The notes beneath the pieces are model-generated. The model ran no database searches. It saw only the letters and a list, made by a program, of their open reading frames with translations, and was not told the origin of the DNA. DNA of 64,000 nt. It comes from Pelagomonas calceolata. Taxonomy: Eukaryota. Positions 1 to 8,890 of this stretch are shown one piece after another. The stretch lies in NCBI GenBank assembly GCA_918797485.1, contig CAKKNE010000006.1, forward strand, positions 248,001 to 312,000, written 5' to 3'. The position numbers and the translations under genes were made by a program. The first letter of the stretch is position 1, and each line of letters starts with the position of its first letter.

Positions 1-860
1 AGGCGACGTACAGCGGCGTCTGGCCGTCCTTGTCCGCCCGGTCGACCTTCGCGCCGTTATCTAGCAGCAGCCGCGCCGCGTCGACGTGGCCGTACCTGCA
101 GGCGACGTACAGCGGCGTCTGGCCGTCCTTGTCCGCCCGGTCGACCTTCGCGCCGTTATCTAGCAGCAGCCGCGCCGCGTCGACGTGGCCGTTCTCGCAG
201 GCGGCGTACAGCGGCGTCGCGCCGTCCTTCGTCGCCCGATCGACCTCCGCGCCTTTGTCCAGCAGCAGCCGCGCCGCGTCGACGAGGCCGTTCGCACAGG
301 CGGTCCATAGCGGCGTAACACCATTCTCCGTCGCCCGATCGACCTCCGCGCCTTTGTCCAGCAACAGCCGCGCCGCGTCGACGTGGCCCTCAGCGCAGGC
401 GACAAACAGCGGCGTCTGACCGTACTTGTCCGCCCGATTGACGTCCGCGCCTTTATCTAACAACAGCCGCGCCGCGTCGACGTGGCCGTTGTCGCAGGCG
501 ACGAGCAGCGGCGTCAATCTGTCCTCATCCGCCCGGTCGACCTTCGCGCCGTTATCTAGCAAAAGCCGCGCCGCGTCGACATGGCCGTTCTGGCAGGCGG
601 CATACAGTGGCGTCCGGCCGTCCTTCGTCGCCCGGCCGACCTTCGCGCCGTTGTCCAGCAGCAGCCGCGCTGCGTCGACGTGGCCCTTCTCGCAGGCGGC
701 GTACAGCGGCGTCCTGCCTTTCTGCCATCCCTCTGACACCGCCCGATCGACCGCTGCGCCGTTGTCCAGCAATAGCCGCGCCGCGTCGACGTGGCCGTTC
801 TTGCAGGCGTTGTACAGCGGCGTCCATCCGTCCTTGTCCGCCCGGTCGACCTCCGCGCCT
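1..860 (-). repeat. Tandem ~99-bp ankyrin-coding repeats (about 8-9 units visible)
   Basis: cagcagccgcgccgcgtcgacgtggcc recurs about every 99 bp; one unit carries a 12-nt insertion near 720. Confidence 0.93.
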
Positions 861-2869
861 TTGGCAGCGCGCCGCACCTCTTCCTCGCGCTGCCGCCGTG
901 CCTCCTCCTCCTCTTCCTCGCGAGCGGCTTTCGTCGCGGCGGCGCGGCGCGCGTCCTCATCATCATTTTCGATCCGAGACCCGTCGTCGAGCGCTTCGAG
1001 AAGCCCTGCGTTGCCGCCGAGGGCCCTCGTCAAATTGTAAATCCGGTGCGCCGAGCCCTTCACCTCGAGGAGCCGCGCGAGCGACAGTTGCAGCTCGCCC
1101 ACGAAGCCGGCGATCTCCACGTTCACGAGCACGTCGCGATAGCCCGAGTTCTCGACCGGCCTATTGATGCGATCCTTGGCGCGGCGGATCAAGAGATCGC
1201 CGCTCCTACCGAGCGCAAGAAGCTGAGCGAGGGCTTGCCCGCAGCTCACGAGGTCGTCGAACACGCCCGTCGCCCGCACCACGTCCACGACCCGTGCCAC
1301 GTCGTCGTCATAGTCGTCGTTCGCCTTGGCGCGAATCCGATCCTCTAGTTTCAGGGGCCCTTTCTTGTACGTGCCGCCGGCCTCCTCGACGATCGGCCGC
1401 AGCGTCGCGTGGAAGGCGTCGCTCGCATCTCCCGCGCGTGCGAGCAGCTCCTCCGCACTAGCAATGGCCACGGGCTGCCTCACGATCCCGTCAGGGGGCG
1501 CGAACGTCTCTTCGAGCTCGGCGCTCGCCATCTTGAGTTCGTCGATCGCCTCGCGTTCGGCACCGCGGACGCAGTCGTCCCAAGCCCTCGCATACGCGTC
1601 GGAGTCCTTCCGCTGTTCTTCGGCGAGGAGCTTGTGGACCTTGGCGAGCTCGGCCTCCGCCCGCGCCGCCCTGTCGAGTGCTCTGTCGTCGCGGGGCGCC
1701 GTGGATGGCGCGGCGACGGCTGCCTTCAGCAGCCAGTGGTCGAGGTGCGCCTCGACATTTTCGCTGCTGTTGAACTGCGGCCGAGGGGCCGGGTCGACGG
1801 TCAAGCAGCGGCTCGCCAGATCCAGGAGCTCCGGCGCGGCGACGCTGGCCGCGTCGGGGAGGGGCGGCGGCGGCGGCGGCACGCCGCTTGCGGCTCGGGC
1901 GACCAGCTCTTTGGGCGCGAGCTCGTCCCAGGGGGCCTTCCCAGAGAGGAGCTCAAGGAGCACGCTTCCGTAGGACCACGCATCACATTTTGTGGGCTGG
2001 ACGTCGGCTTCGTCGCGCAGCAGCTCCGGCGCCGCGTAGCGAGAGCCCGCGGCCGCGCGCTGGGTGGCGGCCGCGACGCCGCCCCCGAAATCCGAGAGCT
2101 TGCAGTGAACCGTCGACCGGTCCGCCAGGAGCACGTTCTCGGGGTGGAGACCGAGGTGTGAGATACCGTGCTGGTGAAGGAAGTCGAGGCCCAGCGCCAC
2201 GTCGCGGGCCGCGCGGACCGCGTCGAGGCGGTTTCTGCCGAGACCGTCGCGAATGCCCGCTGCCAGCGACGCCTTCGCCAGCTCCATGACGACGTTGAGC
2301 TCGCCGTCGACCGACGCTACGCCGTACATCTCCACGACGTTGGGATTCGGCAGCTCGCGCAGCGCGAAGAGGTCCGCAGGCGCCACGCGCGCGCGCGCGT
2401 CCGCGTCGCCCCGCGCCTTCGGCCGTTTAAGCGCGACGCGCATCTCTTCGCGGCGCGACCGCTGCCAGGTCGCTGCGCTGACCACGGTGCCGAAGCGGCC
2501 TTCGCCGACCGTCCGTCGATCTCGCGCCACCTTCTCGCCGTCGAGGCGCGGCGCATCCGCGGTCACGGCCGCGAGTTCCGGCGGCTCGACGTAGACCCGC
2601 GTGCGATCGCGGAAGCTGTCGTCGAGGATCTCGTCGGCGCGCGCGCGTAGGTGCCCGAGGGCCGAGACCACCTTCAGCTTGTCGAGCCGCTTCGGCGCGA
2701 CTTCGTCCACGTCCGCCTCTTCGAGCAGGAGCGCCGTCGCCGCGTCGAGCTCGTTCTCCCGGATGAGATCCACGACCACGGACGGCTTGCCGGCCTTCTC
2801 CGCGGCCTCGGCGAGGTCCTCCCAGCCCAGGTTCTGCACGCTGACCGTCGCTCCCCCGCCTTTCCCCAT
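1..2869 (-). CDS. Multidomain protein (partial, runs off window): SAM-like N-terminus, pseudokinase, RelA/SpoT-like nucleotidyltransferase, ankyrin repeat array
   Basis: Manual translation from the ATG at 2869 (MGKGGGATVSVQNLGWEDL...) found no stop through base 1, so >=956 aa; the ORF is absent from the track. Kinase motifs: VGEGRFGTV, VALK, HLGLHPENVLL, DFG, YAAPE, DAWSYG. RSH-like motifs: PLKLEDRIRAK, DVVRATG, KDRINRP..SGYRDVLVN, GELQL, AHRIY. These are followed by GxTPLYxACxxGHVDAARLLLDxGA repeats. Confidence 0.88.
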   Translation of the reverse strand, partial: MGKGGGATVSVQNLGWEDLAEAAEKAGKPSVVVDLIRENELDAATALLLEEADVDEVAPKRLDKLKVVSALGHLRARADEILDDSFRDRTRVYVEPPELAAVTADAPRLDGEKVARDRRTVGEGRFGTVVSAATWQRSRREEMRVALKRPKARGDADARARVAPADLFALRELPNPNVVEMYGVASVDGELNVVMELAKASLAAGIRDGLGRNRLDAVRAARDVALGLDFLHQHGISHLGLHPENVLLADRSTVHCKLSDFGGGVAAATQRAAAGSRYAAPELLRDEADVQPTKCDAWSYGSVLLELLSGKAPWDELAPKELVARAASGVPPPPPPLPDAASVAAPELLDLASRCLTVDPAPRPQFNSSENVEAHLDHWLLKAAVAAPSTAPRDDRALDRAARAEAELAKVHKLLAEEQRKDSDAYARAWDDCVRGAEREAIDELKMASAELEETFAPPDGIVRQPVAIASAEELLARAGDASDAFHATLRPIVEEAGGTYKKGPLKLEDRIRAKANDDYDDDVARVVDVVRATGVFDDLVSCGQALAQLLALGRSGDLLIRRAKDRINRPVENSGYRDVLVNVEIAGFVGELQLSLARLLEVKGSAHRIYNLTRALGGNAGLLEALDDGSRIENDDEDARRAAATKAAREEEEEEARRQREEEVRRAAKGAEVDRADKDGWTPLYNACKNGHVDAARLLLDNGAAVDRAVSEGWQKGRTPLYAACEKGHVDAARLLLDNGAKVGRATKDGRTPLYAACQNGHVDAARLLLDNGAKVDRADEDRLTPLLVACDNGHVDAARLLLDKGADVNRADKYGQTPLFVACAEGHVDAARLLLDKGAEVDRATENGVTPLWTACANGLVDAARLLLDKGAEVDRATKDGATPLYAACENGHVDAARLLLDNGAKVDRADKDGQTPLYVACRYGHVDAARLLLDNGAKVDRADKDGQTPLYVA

Positions 2870-3352
2870 TTTTATTGCTCTCCTCGCTGGATAGCTGCCT
2901 AATTTGTCATTCGGCTGCTCTCGCGGCTGTAGGTAGATGCCTGTGTTGAGTGAGGGCAGCCCACAGCGCCCGGTCCCACATGCAGAGGGTGGCAAGCAAA
3001 ACTCGGTTGTGGACCAAGGCGTTACGGAAACGCCAGTCTAGGAGTCAGTAGGGAGTCGTGACGAATAGGGCTCCCATTAGAAACTTAAGCGGGTTTTGTC
3101 TCTAAAAATTATACCCGGCCGCGTGGGCCGGCCCGCGGCGCCCAACCATCAAGTATCTGCGGTGGGGCGACGTCTACGTCGCGGGCGCGCTCGCGGAGCT
3201 CGAGCTCGGGCCGTCGGCGCGGAACATCGCCGGGGCAAGGCTTGCGGCAGAAAGAATCGTCGAGGGGGCGTTGTTGAAGGGGCGTGTGTAAGTTGTATTT
3301 CTGTTACATATCTAACGGGCTAGTCCTAGCGGCCGCACTGTCTGGGTGCGCG

Positions 3353-5074
3353 TTAACACCCACCGCCACACCCACCGCCACACCCACCGTCACACCCACC
3401 GTCACACCCACCGTCACACCGCGCCAGACATAGTAGCGGGCATAGTAGTACCTGAAGTAGTACCCCGGCACCGGCGGCTAGTCCCCCGGCACAGGCGGCG
3501 ACGTAAATACCGCCACATCCTCGACGAGCTGCGCATAGTGAGCATCTTACAGTCGGGCAGCAAAAACAGCCGGAACGAAACCCGTCTGCGCTCGTCCAGT
3601 CATGCGTATTTCCGTGGGCGCAGCGCGTCGTGACTTCAAAAGTATTGCCGTGCTTACGCGCCAAGTGAAGGTCCCAGCATAGAGGAATAGGAATACAACC
3701 AGGAAGAATATGAATAGGCAGGAACATGATCGTCCAGCCCTTGGCTTGGTAGGAATTGCTGTCATGAGATATGATTTTTTCGCATGAGAAAGGGACAAAT
3801 GGAAAGCACGGAAAGCAGGTACAAAAGTTTCCAGCGAACGACCGCGCGTCGGGGAAAGCATGGCTTGGAGGACTCGAATGGCCCTCGGATAGACGTCCCT
3901 CGGGCTCCGGCACCGTCTCCACGCCCATCAGCGGGCCCGACGGCGCCCGCACCTCGCGCGTGCCGCCGGTCGGCGCCGGTCGCGCGGCCCGGGCGACGGC
4001 GAAGCTCAGGACGCGCCCGGGCCCCGCGGCGGCCGCCTGGAGCTCTCGAACGATGTCGTGGCCGTACGTATTCGGACCGCAGACGAATAACGATCGGCCC
4101 GGCGCTCGGATGCTGACGAGGCGGTTCCCGACGTCGACGCGGAACGCGAGGGGGCTCGAATGCGAGACTCGGACGACGCGGTGCGAGTTGCCGACGTCGA
4201 AGTGGAGCCCTAGCCGCCCCGCGGGGACCTCGATGTCGAGGGACGCTTCCAGGCGCATCGCCTGCACCGGCACCTCCTCGTCTGTGGAACCTGGTAGTGC
4301 CGGCACGCGGATCGTGAACGCCTCGCCCGCCGCGAGGCCCGCCGGGATGGGCGCGCGGATGCTGCGGCCGTCGGGGAGGGTCGTCGTCACCACGTCGCCC
4401 GCGGACGCGCCGGCCGGGCAGCTCACGCGCACGCGCAGGTCCGTGGCCGCGGCGTCGGCGTCGGGACGCGCGTCGGGAGCGTCGGGCGCCGCCGCGCGCG
4501 ACGGATCGGGCGCCGCCGCGGGTGGCGGCGGCCCCCCGAGCAGGATCGCGCGGCAGCGCGCGGCCCGCTCCTCGCTCGTGCCGCTCGTCTCCGCGACGCC
4601 GAGCTGGGCGCAGGCCGCGGCGAGGACTTGCACGTTCGTCCCCGTGAGGCGCAGGTGCGTCCGCAGGTCGTCGCACATGGTGGCAAAGGTCGAGACCTCG
4701 GGCGGCGGCGGCGGCGGCGGCCGATGGTCGGGCGCCGGCGCCCACACATAAAGCTTGTCGCCCGGCGCGCGGTAGCAGTGCGCGAGTTTGACCTGGTGGT
4801 CGAAGCGCTTCAGCACCGCGACCGAGCCGCAGAGCGACAGCACCGAGTAGCCCCCGGCGCGGGCGAGGTCCTTGAGGCCCTCGATCACATGATCCGCGCG
4901 CCAGTTCGGGATGTATTTGAGGTCCTTCTCCTGGTCCACGACGGCCACGTTAAAACCGAGGTGCTCGGTCCAGGCGCCTCCCTCTAATGCCGCGCCGTCA
5001 CCGATCTCGCGCCAGCGGAGCTCCGCGCGCAGGCGCTCGTCCTCTTCTTGCAGGCGCTCTAGGTCCGTCGCCAT
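3353..5074 (-). CDS. Hypothetical modular protein with a PDZ-like domain and Cys-rich C-terminus
   Basis: 573-aa ORF. IEVPAGRLGLHF...VVRVSHSSPLAFRVDVGNRLVSI resembles PDZ; contains a VSCPAGASAGD...IPAGLAAGEAFTIRVP module; ends in (GGCD/GGCG)n. Confidence 0.65.
   Translation of the reverse strand: MATDLERLQEEDERLRAELRWREIGDGAALEGGAWTEHLGFNVAVVDQEKDLKYIPNWRADHVIEGLKDLARAGGYSVLSLCGSVAVLKRFDHQVKLAHCYRAPGDKLYVWAPAPDHRPPPPPPPEVSTFATMCDDLRTHLRLTGTNVQVLAAACAQLGVAETSGTSEERAARCRAILLGGPPPPAAAPDPSRAAAPDAPDARPDADAAATDLRVRVSCPAGASAGDVVTTTLPDGRSIRAPIPAGLAAGEAFTIRVPALPGSTDEEVPVQAMRLEASLDIEVPAGRLGLHFDVGNSHRVVRVSHSSPLAFRVDVGNRLVSIRAPGRSLFVCGPNTYGHDIVRELQAAAAGPGRVLSFAVARAARPAPTGGTREVRAPSGPLMGVETVPEPEGRLSEGHSSPPSHAFPDARSFAGNFCTCFPCFPFVPFSCEKIISHDSNSYQAKGWTIMFLPIHILPGCIPIPLCWDLHLARKHGNTFEVTTRCAHGNTHDWTSADGFRSGCFCCPTVRCSLCAARRGCGGIYVAACAGGLAAGAGVLLQVLLCPLLCLARCDGGCDGGCDGGCGGGCGGGC
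3356..3420. repeat. 12-bp tandem repeat (cacccaccgyca) encoding GGCD/GGCG
   Basis: About 5 copies visible. Confidence 0.85.
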
Positions 5075-5393
5075 GATGGGCAGCCCCCGCTTTGCCAGCG
5101 CGACTTAAATATATATCTTTGCTTTGCTTAGAGCTAGGCCGCCTAGCTACCCGGCCGCCGCGGGGGCTGCGTGACCGGACGCCCGCCCCGCCCTTTATTT
5201 TTGCGCAGATCTGCAGATTTGCGCGCGGGTCTTTCACAGCTCCCGTCTCCCGTCGCACGCAACAGGTGCTGTGGAGGCACCAGGCAGCCGCAGAGGTTGG
5301 TTCCGACGTCGCAAGGTGCTGTGGAGGCCCGGGGCCGGAAGCAGCAATTGATTCCGAAGTTGGGTGTGCCAGAGGGGCTGCCCAGCGCGCGCC

Positions 5394-6299
5394 ATGCTGC
5401 TCGCCCGGGCGGCGCGGCCGCTGGCCCGCGCGCGCGCACTATCGACGCCGACCTTCACGCTCCACGCCTTCACCGACGGCAACGACCTCGGCTTCGGCCG
5501 CGGGGCGCAGTTCTGCATGCTCAATTTGAGACATGACGCCCTGTTCGCGGCTGACAACCCGGCCGCGCTCTACGCGGCGAAGTACGAAGCGCGGCGCGCA
5601 CGCATAAAGCGACTCTTCGAGAAGTTGGACTCACTGGAACTGGGCGCGCTGGACCGCGCGGCGCTGAGCAAGGGACTCGACGACATCGGATTGCCTGCGT
5701 CGCCGGAACGTCTGGATAGAGTGTTCAACCAGTTTGAAAGCGGGAGCGGCAACCTGGCGCTCGAAGGATTCGAGGCGTTCCTGGTCGAGACGTGGGGCTT
5801 TCCCCTGCACGTGGAATTCTCGTCCGAGCTCGGCTCGATGGGCCTGGGAGGCACGCAAGCGATTGCCTGGGTCGGCCGCACGGTGCCGGCGCACTTTGTT
5901 CTGCGCGCGCTGCGCCAGCTGTGGCCGTTGGATGTGGAGGACATCGCCATCCTCCGCAACGACGGGCCCAACCCAGATCTGGACCCGCAAAGGATGACCT
6001 TGCACGACAGAACGTACACGCCATCAGTCGGGAAAGATACAGCGACGGCGGGCGGGCTCGCGCGGACGCTGCTCGCCCAGGACCCACTCGACAAAGGCGG
6101 CTTCGTCGTCCGCGTCACGTCGACCGGCGGAGACGTGACGTACGTACCGCTCCGGGGACTCCGCTACAGCGGCGCCAAGCCGGCGGCCGTAGCCAACCCG
6201 GAGGTGACCGGCGTCGAGTGGGCATTGCGGTCTGGTTTGGGGGCCGTTGGTTTGGGCACCACCCTTTGGTTGGGTTTGGTGATTTTGAAGGGCGGCTGA
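5394..6299 (+). CDS. Probable mitochondrion-targeted EF-hand-like protein with C-terminal TM helix
   Basis: MLLARAARPLARARALSTP presequence; LFEKLDSLELGALDRAAL and VFNQFESGSGNLALEGF form a degenerate EF-hand pair; hydrophobic tail. Confidence 0.6.
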   Translation: MLLARAARPLARARALSTPTFTLHAFTDGNDLGFGRGAQFCMLNLRHDALFAADNPAALYAAKYEARRARIKRLFEKLDSLELGALDRAALSKGLDDIGLPASPERLDRVFNQFESGSGNLALEGFEAFLVETWGFPLHVEFSSELGSMGLGGTQAIAWVGRTVPAHFVLRALRQLWPLDVEDIAILRNDGPNPDLDPQRMTLHDRTYTPSVGKDTATAGGLARTLLAQDPLDKGGFVVRVTSTGGDVTYVPLRGLRYSGAKPAAVANPEVTGVEWALRSGLGAVGLGTTLWLGLVILKGG

Positions 6300-6368
6300 T
6301 CCGTAGCCCCATTTTGTTTCCGAGCGTCCGTGCGCTCCCGCGTTTCCTAGTATCATATGTATAAATTT

Positions 6369-6392
6369 GCTAGTGTCTTACAGGACGCTAGC
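6369..6392 (+). promoter_or_regulatory. Paired-CTAG intergenic motif
   Basis: GCTAGTGTCTTACAGGACGCTAGC, ~190 bp upstream of the TRAPPC2 ATG. Confidence 0.55.
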
Positions 6393-6580
6393 TCGGCCGC
6401 TTTGGTGGAGTTGTCAAGGCCAGCCGCCAAGCGGGCCAGCTCTGCCCAATTTCACACGTGCGTGACGCCTGGCCAGCACTGGATCCCTCTCGTGGCGTTG
6501 CGCCAACGCCTGCCCGCGCGGCACCCTAACCTCGGCACCCAACAAGGCCAAAAAGCCAGCCGCAGCGCGCGACGCCAACC

Positions 6581-7003
6581 ATGGCCGCCAAGGACACAAC
6601 TTCAAAAATGTTCGTCGTCTGCGGTAGAGATGCGGACTTACTCTACGAGGCCGAGCTCAACGCCAATTTCGACGCGGAGTCCCCGACGGCGCATTTATCG
6701 CACTTCGTGCTGCACGCGGCGCTGGATAATGTCGATCATCTCATAGCGACGACGCCCGACGTGTATTTGAGGGTCGTGGACAATTTCAACGAGAAGCGCG
6801 TCTACGCGTTTTGTACCGGCGGACATGCGAAATTCCTACTGCTCCATGAAGGTAGAAACGAGGACGCCGTGCGCAATTTCTTCAATGATGTGTATGACAA
6901 GTACGTCCAGGCGCTGTTGAACCCGTTTTATGTGCCGGACTCGGAGCTCACATCGCCAGCCTTCGATCGAAGTGTGAGAGCTGCTGCCAAGAGGTATTTG
7001 TAA
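6581..7003 (+). CDS. TRAPPC2: TRAPP complex subunit 2 (sedlin/Trs20)
   Basis: HFVLHAALDNVD, YLRVVDNFNE, KFLLLH, NFFNDVYDKYVQALLNPFY; 140 aa. Confidence 0.92.
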   Translation: MAAKDTTSKMFVVCGRDADLLYEAELNANFDAESPTAHLSHFVLHAALDNVDHLIATTPDVYLRVVDNFNEKRVYAFCTGGHAKFLLLHEGRNEDAVRNFFNDVYDKYVQALLNPFYVPDSELTSPAFDRSVRAAAKRYL

Positions 7004-8450
7004 CTATGTGATCAGTAGGTCTCCCCCTAGTGGTGGTGTCCTTCTCCCCCGCGCAAGAGATGGTGGGGCGAGCAATGCTCGCACCTCGTGCTGCGCCCGG
7101 TCCTCATCCTCGATACCATGTGCTCTACCAACCAGCGAAAAGGCCACCGCCGAGGTCACCAGACAAATACAGACGCAGAGGAACAGCGGGTCCCTTACTT
7201 TTGCATCGCCGGGGTCGTGCGTCGACACGGCCCAGGGACCCAATGCGGCGACGGCCTGGTTGCAGACTAAGAGTAGCGCCACTTGTGTGCCCATGGATTT
7301 TGTAGGGACGTCTTCCACCAGTAACGACATGCCCGGTCCCAGCCAGCACTCCGACACGAGGATCAGGAGGAGTAAACACGTCAAAGATCCTCCAAAGGTA
7401 GAAGCGTACAGACACCCATAAGCCAGAGGGACCGCTAAGACGGCGCCGATCGCCGCGACGTCGCCGTGGGCCCCTTTGCGCCGCACGGCCCAGGCGTCGG
7501 CGATGTATCCCCCTCCTGAGGAGGAGGCGGCGCCGCACAGTAAGGTACCAAGGGCGTACGACAGCGAGAAGGCGACGGCGTCCTCCGGAAACGCTCTAGA
7601 ATAGTAGGTCGGCAGGTAGGTCCATAATGAGACGGTCGCGGCCATCCGCACGGACGTCGCGCCGTACAATCCTAACAGTCGCTTGACGCGCAGCACGTAG
7701 AGCACCGCTCGTCGCAGCGACACATATAAGCTGTCGGACGGGATGGTCCGCCTCGGCGGCCGGTCGACCACGAGCCACAGTAGCGCCGCGGCAAAAATAC
7801 CTACCACGCACGCCATCGTCGTCGTCTGGCGCCAGCCGACGCCCATGGCGAAGAGCAGCGAGAGTGTAGATAGAGCCGAGCCCGCATACGTCCCCATCGA
7901 ATAGCAGCCGTTCGCCGAGGCGCGCTCGTGCACCGCGTAGTGGTACGCCGTTACTGGATACGCGCACGGGGCGTTGAAGCCCTCCGCGACGCCCGTGATG
8001 AACCGCGCGAGCACAAGCATGGAAAACGAAGGATAGATGACGGGCAGGAAGCCTGCCAACGCCCAGGTCAAAGCGGCTCCGGCGTGCAACCGCTTGGCAT
8101 CGAGCCGATCCGCCAAATGGCCGGCAGCCAACCCAGACAGTGCGAAACACGTCGTGAAGGCGACGGACGCGAGCAGCCCGTACTGGCGGTCCGAGACACA
8201 CGCGGCATCTCTGATCGAGTAGTAGGCCGCGTCGGCGCCCGCGCGACACGTCTGGCACTCGCCGCACTCGTCGTTCTCGCACACATCACACACCGGCACG
8301 AAGGCCGCGTTCTCGCATTCTTTCAAACACTGAGGTGGGATGACGCTCGCGAGCGCGTAAATGAGGTTGCGCTGCCAGAAGTTCGAGGCGTTGGCCACGG
8401 TCAGCGCCGCGAGGGCGAGCCGCCGCCGCGCCGGCGGCGGCCGCTGCTGG
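7004..8450 (-). CDS. MFS transporter (Spinster-like); start codon unresolved
   Basis: Multi-TM pattern, GHLADRLDAKR, ARFITGVAEG, GGYIADAW. The frame stays open upstream of the GTG at 8398 (RRRLALAALTVANASNFWQR) to a TAG near 8540 with no ATG. Confidence 0.82.
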
Positions 8451-8890
8451 CGCCCGCTCTGGAACTCCGTCGTGTTTTGGTGTCCTTTCGGGTGCCGCTG
8501 CCCACGGCGCTCTTCCAGCTCCCAGCGCTGGATTTTCCCCTAGCACCGGCTGCCCCCGGCGTCGGAGTACCGGTGCGCGTGCGTGCGACGAGCTGTGCCG
8601 CCGCCGACACGCCGCAACGCCCCCAAAACGCACGATGTTTGAGGCTGGAAACCCGTATTTTCGCCTGAATTGCAGCTGAGGTTGAACGTCGCGAGAAGCG
8701 CTATTTTTTGCCTTCATGGGCAAGGGACGTGTCCGGAGTTGGCCCAGGACCGACGCGGGGTGAAGAAGTCGCGCTCGCGCTCGGACGCGGCGGCCGTGCG
8801 CAACACTGGAGCATGAATAAATCCCCGGCCGGCGCATCGACCATTCCCAATTACAAGAAACACATTATATATTACAAATTCGCCCGCCGC

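Noticed and set aside
1..860. Regularly spaced repeats suggesting a CRISPR array
   Set aside because: They are 99-bp in-frame ankyrin units with no unique spacers or cas genes, in eukaryotic DNA.
30..2902. Many + strand ORFs (e.g. 30-419, 426-1040, 1409-2161)
   Set aside because: Antisense shadows of the real minus-strand kinase/RSH/ankyrin gene, caused by high GC3.
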